In this document: piece by piece, positions 37,337 to 44,672 of the stretch | Layout of the letters: each line of letters begins with the position of its first letter | Position numbering within the stretch: the stretch's first letter is position 1 | Assembly: GCA_947259165.1 (NCBI GenBank) | Contig: CAMYKY010000003.1 | Span: forward strand, 27,262 to 91,261 | Source of the DNA: an uncultured Acidobacteriota bacterium | GTDB taxonomy: Bacteria > Acidobacteriota > Vicinamibacteria > Marinacidobacterales > SMYC01 | Reading direction: 5' to 3' | Length of the DNA stretch: 64,000 bases | Program-made: the position numbers and the translations under genes | The notes under the pieces: model-generated | The model's input: the letters and a program-made list of their open reading frames with translations, nothing else | What the model was told of the DNA's origin: nothing | Database searches by the model: none

Positions 37337-38539
37337 TCAGCTCTCGACCTCCATGTCGTCGCCGTCGGGGCTTCCCACGACTTCGTAGAACGCGCGGCCA
37401 TTCGGGTCTTCGACCTCCTGGAAGAACACGGTGTCGAACTGGTAGTAGGTGACGCCTTCTTCCTGCACCGTGGTCACGACGTCGGACACGCTGAGGAGCG
37501 AGTCGACCTGGGCGCCGAGCTCGGGCTCGCCGACCACGTAGCCGGTATTACCGTCTTCTTCGTACTGCACGTAGAAGTTGTAGTTGACGTAGTGGTAGGT
37601 CTCGCCATCGGCCTCGAACGAGGGCACACCCGCCGGGATCGCTTCGAGCTCTGTCTGGGGTGGCGTCGGCTCGACGCGATAGATGACACGACCGGCATCG
37701 TTGACATCCTCGGTGAAATACATCTCGTCGAACTGATAGACGACATCGTCGCCCTCTGCTTCGCGGGTGGCATCGCTCGGAACCGAGCTGACTTCGGCTC
37801 CCACCGGCGGCGTCACCACAACGTAGCCTCCGCCAGGAGCGCTCTGCCAAAACGCCCACTCGGCGTAAAAGTAGGTCGCGCCGTCCACGGTAACCGTCTC
37901 GGGGTCTTCGGGCAACGCGTCCACTCGATGACCCACCGGAGTCGAGGTCAGGATGTAGCCCTCTTCGCCATCGTAAATGACTTTCCGATACCACGGGTTC
38001 ACACGAACATACGTGACCGAGTTGTAGGTGTGGTTCGTCGACTGGCTCGCCGTCGCCGCGAACATGACCGACGATATGAAAACGAAGCTGACCCAGCGAC
38101 GCCGGTACCACATCCAGCGACGCCAGAAAACGTGGTGACGCCATGCCGCACGCCGGAAGGCGCGAGAGCGGTGGACTCGCCGAGCTCGGGCGCGGCTGCG
38201 ATGACGCGCGGAGCGGCGTGCGGCGTTTCTGGTCGCGGTGCGGCGTCCACTGGCACGTGCCGCGGAGCGGCCGGGTGGACGGCGGGCTGCCGGTGGTCGA
38301 CTCGCGGCCCGCGAAGGTGCAGGGCCACCACGCGAGGGGTTCGAGCGATTCATCGAGCCCGAGCGTGACGGGGGCCGTCGATTCACCGACGACCGGCTCC
38401 TGGCGGAGCGTCCTCCTCTGGAGCCGCCACGGCCTCTTTGGGCGTGGGCGATGGCCTGAAGCGGAGGCAAGATGGGCACGGCGATCTCGAGGGTCAGCAC
38501 CATGATCGCGACCCATCGGATTTTCTTGAGTGATTTCAT
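37337..38539 (-). CDS. Hypothetical membrane/secreted protein: Arg-rich basic region, TM helix and acidic beta-repeat domain
   Basis: 400-aa ORF 37 nt downstream of the DUF2092 gene. N-terminal signal/TM, about 130 aa of R/S/P/A low complexity, a second TM, then about four repeats of the pattern G..Y.V...P.G..V..LP......V.G..YY. Confidence 0.55.
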   Translation of the reverse strand: MKSLKKIRWVAIMVLTLEIAVPILPPLQAIAHAQRGRGGSRGGRSARSRSSVNRRPPSRSGSMNRSNPSRGGPAPSRAASRPPAARRPPGRSAARASGRRTATRNAARRSARHRSRARARRVHRSRAFRRAAWRHHVFWRRWMWYRRRWVSFVFISSVMFAATASQSTNHTYNSVTYVRVNPWYRKVIYDGEEGYILTSTPVGHRVDALPEDPETVTVDGATYFYAEWAFWQSAPGGGYVVVTPPVGAEVSSVPSDATREAEGDDVVYQFDEMYFTEDVNDAGRVIYRVEPTPPQTELEAIPAGVPSFEADGETYHYVNYNFYVQYEEDGNTGYVVGEPELGAQVDSLLSVSDVVTTVQEEGVTYYQFDTVFFQEVEDPNGRAFYEVVGSPDGDDMEVES

Positions 38540-38576
38540 CAGACGATCCTTCGCGCGAGCACGTACTCGTTGACCT

Positions 38577-39362
38577 TCATTCGTTCACCGGCACCACCTC
38601 GACGCGCTCGGCGTCCGGAGGTGGCGAGAATTGTGACAGAGCATCGTCGGGCAAGCTCGTGGTCCACTTTCGATAGCGCGCCGAGTACGACGGTGCGCCG
38701 TTCTCCTCAGTAAAGTTGATGTGGCGCCGCACCGGAAACGACTCGTCTCCCTGGCGAATCCAAACTTCCAGATCGGCACCAGGCTTGCGAAGCGCAACGT
38801 GGTCGGTCCAAAAGCCATCGACCCATGCTTCGCCGACGTATTGCACCAAGACGTCTTCACCGAGCCAAACGTCCACGGGGTCACCGACGAGCATATCGGC
38901 GAACGGCACATCCAGGTCGTACTCGTAGACCAGGCTCTCCACCGCGTCGGAGATGTTCGGCGGCAGCTCTATCTGGCCCCAAACGTTGGCGGGCTGCTTC
39001 AGCAAGCTGAACTCGCCCCGGTCGAACCACGCGGAATCCACCGTCGCGTCATCGTGGAGCGTCATCCAAAACAACCGGCCAGGTTTGTGCGCCGCCATCC
39101 GCTGGACCATGTCGAAGTGCAGCATCTGACCGGACTCCTGGACCGCCTCGTACGTGACCAGCGCCTCGAAGCCGAGCTGATCATGCGAGGAGAGAAACTC
39201 CAACATCCGCGACATCACGTCGCGCCCTTCGGGCATGGTGTCGCCATCGCCGGTCAAAGGCTCCGGACTCCAGAGCTCGACATCGTCGGGGGGAGGTGGC
39301 GCCGCCCGACAGCCGGCAAGAAACGCCAAGGCGACGACGAAAGATACGATTCGCAATGTCAT
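38577..39362 (-). CDS. DUF2092 (LolA-fold) lipoprotein
   Basis: ATG 39362 gives the lipobox signal MTLRIVSFVVALAFLAGC. The body has the DUF2092 pattern (HKPGRLFW..DSAWFDRGEFSLLKQP..VWGQIELP..DLDVPFADML). Confidence 0.62.
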   Translation of the reverse strand: MTLRIVSFVVALAFLAGCRAAPPPPDDVELWSPEPLTGDGDTMPEGRDVMSRMLEFLSSHDQLGFEALVTYEAVQESGQMLHFDMVQRMAAHKPGRLFWMTLHDDATVDSAWFDRGEFSLLKQPANVWGQIELPPNISDAVESLVYEYDLDVPFADMLVGDPVDVWLGEDVLVQYVGEAWVDGFWTDHVALRKPGADLEVWIRQGDESFPVRRHINFTEENGAPSYSARYRKWTTSLPDDALSQFSPPPDAERVEVVPVNE

Positions 39363-39375
39363 GGAGACCACGCAC

Positions 39376-39391
39376 TGCAAACAACGCTCCA
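39376..39391 (-). promoter_or_regulatory. Sigma54 -24/-12 promoter (copy B)
   Basis: Minus strand TGGAGCGTTGTTTGCA with exact GG-N10-GC spacing. The ATG at 39362 is 14 nt after the GC. Confidence 0.62.
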
Positions 39392-39463
39392 GTCGCGTTG
39401 CGCTCGTAAGCCGTGTAGTTTCAGCGTAACGACGCTATTGCTGGGGCGTCGCACACCGTCCGA

Positions 39464-39519
39464 CGCGATATCTCACCGGGTCTCATCAGGATGTCGTTCA
39501 TTGCGCGATATTTCGCGCG
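39464..39519 (-). promoter_or_regulatory. Enhancer-like site pair (copy B)
   Basis: Minus strand GCGCGAAATATCGCGC (near-palindrome, 7 of 8 pairs) within 39519-39503, N31, then GAGATATCGCG (39474-39464). The centre lies about 120 nt upstream of the -24 element. Confidence 0.45.
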
Positions 39520-39533
39520 TTCCGGCCTCGAAA

Positions 39534-40121
39534 CTACTCGACCCAGCCCAGAACGTTGCGCGCGATGGACCAGCGCGGCTCGAGAGGTCTGGTATCCTTG
39601 CCCAAGATCCAGTGATCGTAGAGCCTTTGGATCGTCCCGTTCTCTTTCTGGATCTCGATCCAGACATTCAGAAAAGCGACGGTGTTCACGTCCCCGCTCG
39701 CTACCGCGTACGCGAGCGGTGTGCGCCGGCGCACGTCCTCCGGCGCGACCACGGCGTAGTGTGGATAGAGCAGGCTCCAGGCGGAGCCGCGCTCGGCGGT
39801 GGTCACGTAGGCGTCCTCGTCGTTCGAAGCCAGACTTTGACCAAACTCCTCGATATCGCGAAGGAGTCGAAGGCGAGCGTGAGGCACGAGAGCCTGCGCT
39901 CGCGCCACCAGAAATGGATCGTCGAGGATCGCGAGCGTCAGCGACTCCATCTGACTGATTTTCTCGAGACTGACGAAGTCGTGTCGCCGATAATCGCGAA
40001 CCAGCAACGCGAGCGTCTCGACGCTCGAGGCCGACCCCGAGCTGGCCGCGGAGCTCGAGCGCGCGTCCGCCGGGCTCGCGGCACTCCACTCGATGCAGGC
40101 CGCGGTGCCCGAAGGCCAAAG
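39534..40121 (-). pseudogene. Periplasmic substrate-binding-like lipoprotein lacking its 5' end (low-confidence family call)
   Basis: Open frame from the stop at 40122 reads LWPSGTAAC (lipobox-like), a Ser/Ala linker and a 157-aa body ending YDHWILGKD..PRWSIARNVLGWVE. There is no start codon or signal-peptide n/h-region upstream. The only start in frame is TTG 40007. Confidence 0.35.
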
Positions 40122-40328
40122 TCAGGGACGGATCGCGCCTTGGTGGGTGGCGGTCGCGTCGTTGGCAACGCTCGCCATCGCCATCCCGGCCACGCTGCAA
40201 TGGGCGGGCGGCGCCGACCCGACGACGGACATGGTCGAAGTCGAAGCAGAGCCTAACGGATCCGAGTTCGTGCTCATCTTACGCATTGGTTGGTCGGGCG
40301 ACAGCGGACTTACGCCCGACGAGATTGA

Positions 40329-40571
40329 GAAGCGCGAAGACGAGCTGAGCCGGAAGAACCGTCGGCACTCTCGAAGCCGCTGCGTCCTCTCGTCGATGTC
40401 GAGCGCGAACACATCCGCCTGGTGTGCGAGCGCTGCGGCTGGCGCATCCGCGGCGATGGTGGCGCCGCACAGATACTGGGTCTGAACCCGAGCACGTTGC
40501 GCTCGCGGATGAAAAAACTCGGCATCGTGCACCCGAAGACAACGTTTGGAGAGGCGTCCATCGCTTCTTAG
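40329..40571 (+). pseudogene. C-terminal stump (Fis-type HTH) of a sigma54-dependent enhancer-binding protein
   Basis: Frame open from 40329 without a start codon. It reads ...PLVDVEREHIRLVCERCGWRIRGDGGAAQILGLNPSTLRSRMKKLGI, the typical EBP DNA-binding tail. No AAA+ domain lies upstream. The preceding 39994-40330 reads like an anti-sigma-factor fragment in another frame. Confidence 0.6.
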
Positions 40572-40753
40572 TCGCGATGTACAAGTGCTAACTCACGCCC
40601 GTGCTGAGGCCTTCTCCGCTCGTCCCGTTCCTCGCCGCGCTGAGCGCGAGCACCGTCGCCATCGCCGACGAATGGAGGACTGGCCGGCCGCGAAGGACCT
40701 GTTCATCCCTGAAGACGAGGTGCCTGACAGCATGAAGCGGCGCATGAAAAAAA

Positions 40754-41587
40754 ATGAAGCACAAAACTGACGTCTTCGCGGTACGCATTTCGCTCGTCGC
40801 GGTCGCGTTAGCGGTCGCGGCGAGCGCTCTCTCTCAAACCATCTGGCGCGACGTCGACCACGAGCCCTTGCCCTTCGGGAATGATCGCGAGCTGATGGAG
40901 TTCATGCGGACCGCCGAGGTCGTCGCCGAACGCGTCATCGGCATCGGGATCAACCGCTCTGTCAAAGTCACGCTAGAACAGGACGGAGTCCGCTCACACG
41001 CGATCTTTCGCGAAGTCGACGTTCGCAGGGACGTAGCCAGCATCAAGGGCGAGAGTTATCAGTTGTTCGCCGACAGCTATCTGTTCGAGTGCGCGGCTTA
41101 CGAGCTCGCGGCGATGCTCGAGTTCGACCGTGTACCTCCGGTGGTGCTGCGCACCATCGGGAATCGTCGCGGAAGCCTCCAGATCTGGGTCGAGGACACC
41201 CTCGATGAAGAAAGCGACACGTTCCAGCCACCACGGAACCTCGAGTGGGTCACCCAGATTTGGGACATGAGATTTTTCGACAATCTTCTCTACAACATCG
41301 ACAGGAACGCCGGAAACAAGCTCGTCACCTCGGACTACCGGCTGTGGCTCATCGACCACACACGTGCGTTTCAATTCAGATTCGAGCTTCTCGACGACAG
41401 GATGGTCCGAGTCCCCCGTGAAAGCTGGGAGCGGCTCTTGGTCCTCACCAATGAAGTCTTGAGCAGCGCGCTTGCAGACTATCTGACCCCCATCGAGATC
41501 GGCGGCATCCTCAAACGACGCGAAATCATCGTGACGCACATCGAGGCCCTCATCGCCGAGCGCGGTGAAGATGGAGTGTTCTACTGA
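40754..41587 (+). CDS. Secreted protein with PI3/PI4-kinase-like catalytic motifs
   Basis: Signal peptide (SLVAVALAVAASALSQ). Blocks ECAAYELAAMLEFDRVPP, GSLQIWVED, NLLYNIDRNAGNKLV and LWLIDHTRAF resemble the catalytic (DRxxxN) and activation (IDH..F) loops of PI3/4-kinase and HipA-like folds. Confidence 0.5.
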   Translation: MKHKTDVFAVRISLVAVALAVAASALSQTIWRDVDHEPLPFGNDRELMEFMRTAEVVAERVIGIGINRSVKVTLEQDGVRSHAIFREVDVRRDVASIKGESYQLFADSYLFECAAYELAAMLEFDRVPPVVLRTIGNRRGSLQIWVEDTLDEESDTFQPPRNLEWVTQIWDMRFFDNLLYNIDRNAGNKLVTSDYRLWLIDHTRAFQFRFELLDDRMVRVPRESWERLLVLTNEVLSSALADYLTPIEIGGILKRREIIVTHIEALIAERGEDGVFY

Positions 41588-41862
41588 AACGACGTATGTC
41601 AAAATTCACAGTTCATCGTGATCAACCTCCCGCCGGATGTTGCGGGAACCGGGCTCATTCGTACGAACCGAGACGATCTCCAACGTTGACACTCATTTAG
41701 CGAAATGTAGCGGTTTGGACGACCGGCATGCAACCGCTCAGCGCCCATGTCAGCCCGCAGGCAGAAAAGCAAGATCGAAAGATTTATAAGCATATGCTAC
41801 ATAACGAGTTAGAACGTCGGCGGATTTGACTTTAGGTTTTAATTACACCTAAAATACACCTC

Positions 41863-43164
41863 ATGAACCTATATATTCACGAAGGCTACAGCGAAGAACA
41901 CCGTCGCGGGCTCGAGCTCGGCGAGGAGATCGCGACCCTTTCGGCGCAGCTCCAGGTGGCTACTTATCGGCTGTTGGTGATGCTGCGGGAGTTCGACGAC
42001 CTCGGGGGTTGGGCGTTGCCCGGGCTCAAGTCGTGCGCGCATTGGCTCTCGTGGCGCACCGGTCTCGACGCGGGCGCGGCGCGCGAAAAGCTCCGGGTCG
42101 CTCACGCGCTCGCGAAGCTGCCGCTCATCAGCGAGTCGATGAGCCAAGGGGACATCTCGTACTCGAAAGTTCGGGCGGTTACGCGGGTGGCGACCCCGGA
42201 GAATGAACAAGACCTTCTCCAGATCGCGCTCGGAGGAACGGCGGGACAAGTCGAGCGCATCGTGCGTGCGTGGCGCAAGATCGATCTCGAGACCGAAAAA
42301 GAGCTTGCGAACGAGCAGCAGGCCCGCGCCGAGGTCTCGACGTTCGAGGACGAGGACGGGATGCTCATCGTTCGAGCCAAGTTGCCGCCGGACATCGGCG
42401 CGGTGTTTCTCAAAGCCCTCGAGGCGGCGTCGGACGTCGTCTATCGCAAAGACACGGAGCGCCCGCTCGGGCATCGCCGAGCGGAAGCGCTGAAGCTCAT
42501 CTCCGAGGCGGCGCTGACGAGCGAGCTCGACGCCGGTAGTAGCGCCGACCGGTATCAGGTGGTCGTCCACGTGGATGAGCCGGTGCTCGAAGCTCCGGAG
42601 CAGGCAGGGCAATCCGCGCTCGAAGGGGGTATTGGCGTTTCCGCGGAAACGTCTCGGCGGATCGCGTGCGACGCCTCTATCGTCGAGATGAAACACGATG
42701 ACAGCGGCAATGTGCTCGACGTCGGGCGAAAAACGCGGAAGATCACACCGTCGATCCGCCGTGCGCTCGATGCACGGGACCCGACGTGCGTGTGGCCGGG
42801 GTGTCACTGCAAGTATGTTCAGGCCCATCACATCAAGTTTTGGGCGGAGGGAGGCGGAACGAACCTCGATAACCTCTGTAACCTGTGTCATTACCATCAT
42901 CACCTGGTTCATGACGGCGGCTATCGCGTCGATATGCTCGCTGACGGCGAGTTTCGCTTTACCCATCCCCGGGGGTGGGTCATCCCAGCGGTGCCGACTC
43001 CGGTGAGACCACCCGATACATTGCTCGCCGACATCGAGGTTGCCGAGAACGCGGGCAACGCCGGCTGGGGCGGCGAGCGGATCGACATGACCTATTTCGT
43101 GGAGACCACATGGCGCCCGAAAAGCGCCTACGAATCGAGCGAGTCGGCTTCTCGCGATCCCTGA
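41863..43164 (+). CDS. DUF222 + HNH endonuclease protein (REP13E12-like selfish-gene family)
   Basis: N-terminal DUF222 pattern (AQLQVATYRLLVMLREFDDLGGW..GLKSCAHWLSWRTG). C-terminal HNH (CVWPGCHCKYVQAHHIKFWAEGGGTNLDNLCNLCHYHHHLVH). Preceded by an AT-rich, SD-less upstream region. Confidence 0.88.
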   Translation: MNLYIHEGYSEEHRRGLELGEEIATLSAQLQVATYRLLVMLREFDDLGGWALPGLKSCAHWLSWRTGLDAGAAREKLRVAHALAKLPLISESMSQGDISYSKVRAVTRVATPENEQDLLQIALGGTAGQVERIVRAWRKIDLETEKELANEQQARAEVSTFEDEDGMLIVRAKLPPDIGAVFLKALEAASDVVYRKDTERPLGHRRAEALKLISEAALTSELDAGSSADRYQVVVHVDEPVLEAPEQAGQSALEGGIGVSAETSRRIACDASIVEMKHDDSGNVLDVGRKTRKITPSIRRALDARDPTCVWPGCHCKYVQAHHIKFWAEGGGTNLDNLCNLCHYHHHLVHDGGYRVDMLADGEFRFTHPRGWVIPAVPTPVRPPDTLLADIEVAENAGNAGWGGERIDMTYFVETTWRPKSAYESSESASRDP

Positions 43165-43215
43165 TGTTGATATTGCCGCCGTGGGCCCGATCAACGGTTG
43201 GCTCGTCGGGTACGC
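43141..43215 (+). repeat. Left copy of an imperfect direct repeat (partner at 54330..54416)
   Basis: GAGTCGGCTTCTCGCGATCCCTGAT matches its partner at 22 of 25 positions. ATTGCCGCCGTGG matches at 13 of 13, followed by about 30 nt of weaker similarity. It covers the HNH stop codon. Confidence 0.45.
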
Positions 43216-43265
43216 TCAGCGAAACGGGAACACCGTGACTCCAAAGCAACGAGCCCACGCCACGG

Positions 43266-44672
43266 TCATTGTTTCTCGGGCGTCGGTATCGGCGAGGGCT
43301 CTTGCTCGTCCCGGTGAGCGAGGCCGTATTTCTGCATGCGGTAGATGAGTGTGTTGCGGGTGATGTGAAGAAATCTTGCCGCGCGGGTCTGATTCCCGTC
43401 GTTCCTGCGGAGCGCTTCCCGGATCAGATACTCTTCGACCCGGTCGAGCGCGATACCTTCCACGGGTAGATTCAACACGAAATCGTCGATGTCCGACGAC
43501 TGTTTGGTGAGAAACGCCGGCAAGTCGTCGAGCGTCACCACCCGGCCAGCGGTCAACGCGGTCAGCCGCTCCATGAGATTTTCGAGCTCGCGGATGTTCC
43601 CGGGCCAGGGGTAGGCGTCGAAGACCTTCAAGACTTGTCGGTCCAGCCTCAGTGTCTTGCCGAATCGCTCGCCGTATTTTCCGAGGAACTGGTTCGCGAG
43701 CAAAGGAATGTCTTCGCGTCGTTCTCGTAACGGCGGGAGCGTAATCGGAATGACGCTGAGACGATAGTAGAGGTCTTCGCGGAATTGGTCTTGTCGGATT
43801 AACTTCTCGAGCTCGCGGTGCGTCGCGGCGATGATGCGGACGTCGACCTTGATCGGGTGCGCCGCCCCTACCTTGTCGATCTCTTTTTCCTGAAGGAGGC
43901 GCAGCAACTTGACTTGGATCGAAGGCTCGAGATCGCCGATCTCATCGAGAAAGACCGTCCCGCCCTTGGCTACCTCGATCTTCCCTTTGCGATCGGACGT
44001 GGCACCGGTAAACGCACCGCGGGTATGACCAAACAGCTCCGACTCCAGAAGGCTTCCGGGGATGGCGGCGCAGTTGACCACCACGAGGGGTTGGTTTTTC
44101 CTCGGGCTGTTGTAGTGGATTGCTTTAGCGAGGAGCTCCTTCCCGGTTCCACTTTCACCCAAGATCAGAACCGTCGAGTCGAATTTCGCCGCCTGCGCGG
44201 CGGTGGCAAACACTTTCTGGATCGCGCTCGAGGCGCCGCTCATGTTCTCGAAGTGAAGACGCTCCGTGACTGCTTGTTTCAGTTGGCGGTTCTCGTGTCG
44301 TAGCTTGCGGAGCTCTAGAGCGCGGTCGACGACGAGTTTGAGCTCGGCGCGATTGACGGGCTTTTGTAGATAGTCGAAGGCGCCCTCGCGCATCGCCTCG
44401 ACCGCATTGTCGACGTCGGCGTGGGCGGTGGCGATGATGACAGGAACGTCGGAATCAATCGCGAGCACGCGGGTCAAAAGCTCGAGGCCGCTGAGCTCGG
44501 CCATGCGCATGTCGCTGATGACGAGCTCGAATGGATTCTCGGTAAACGCATCGAGCGCCGCCTTCGGGTCGCCACACGACGTCGTCTCGAACCCCGCTTC
44601 TTGAAGCGTGTATTCGACGATGCGCCGGAAGCTAGCGTCATCGTCGACGATGAGGATTCTTTCAGCCGTCAT
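43266..44672 (-). CDS. NtrC-family sigma54-dependent response regulator
   Basis: ATG 44672 (MTAERILIVDDD). REC domain, AAA+ with Walker A GESGTGKE and the sigma54-contact GAFTGA, and a C-terminal Fis HTH. The start overlaps the kinase stop (ATGA). Confidence 0.92.
   Translation of the reverse strand: MTAERILIVDDDASFRRIVEYTLQEAGFETTSCGDPKAALDAFTENPFELVISDMRMAELSGLELLTRVLAIDSDVPVIIATAHADVDNAVEAMREGAFDYLQKPVNRAELKLVVDRALELRKLRHENRQLKQAVTERLHFENMSGASSAIQKVFATAAQAAKFDSTVLILGESGTGKELLAKAIHYNSPRKNQPLVVVNCAAIPGSLLESELFGHTRGAFTGATSDRKGKIEVAKGGTVFLDEIGDLEPSIQVKLLRLLQEKEIDKVGAAHPIKVDVRIIAATHRELEKLIRQDQFREDLYYRLSVIPITLPPLRERREDIPLLANQFLGKYGERFGKTLRLDRQVLKVFDAYPWPGNIRELENLMERLTALTAGRVVTLDDLPAFLTKQSSDIDDFVLNLPVEGIALDRVEEYLIREALRRNDGNQTRAARFLHITRNTLIYRMQKYGLAHRDEQEPSPIPTPEKQ

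Noticed and set aside
39482-39490. CUGAUGAG (hammerhead-core-like word) in the minus-strand leader of copy B
   Set aside because: It is absent from the homologous positions of copies A and C. There is no GAAA core or matching stems around it. It lies upstream of the predicted sigma54 start, so it is probably not transcribed with the gene.
38721-40256. 511-aa ORF on the + strand (also 49449..50984 minus, 511 aa; 20131..21342 plus, 403 aa; 10881..12101 minus, 406 aa; 253..1047 plus)
   Set aside because: These ORFs are Arg/Gly/Pro/His-rich with no domain signatures. They lie antisense or out of frame to strongly supported genes (DUF2092, cusA, S9 peptidase, hmgA, acyltransferase). They are typical shadow ORFs of GC-rich DNA.
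41599-41760. Possible tRNA fragment or att site, or a structured RNA, upstream of the HNH gene
   Set aside because: Only short 5-6 bp hairpins are present. GGTTCGTACGAA on the minus strand does not match a T-arm (GGTTCGAATCC). No cloverleaf can be drawn.
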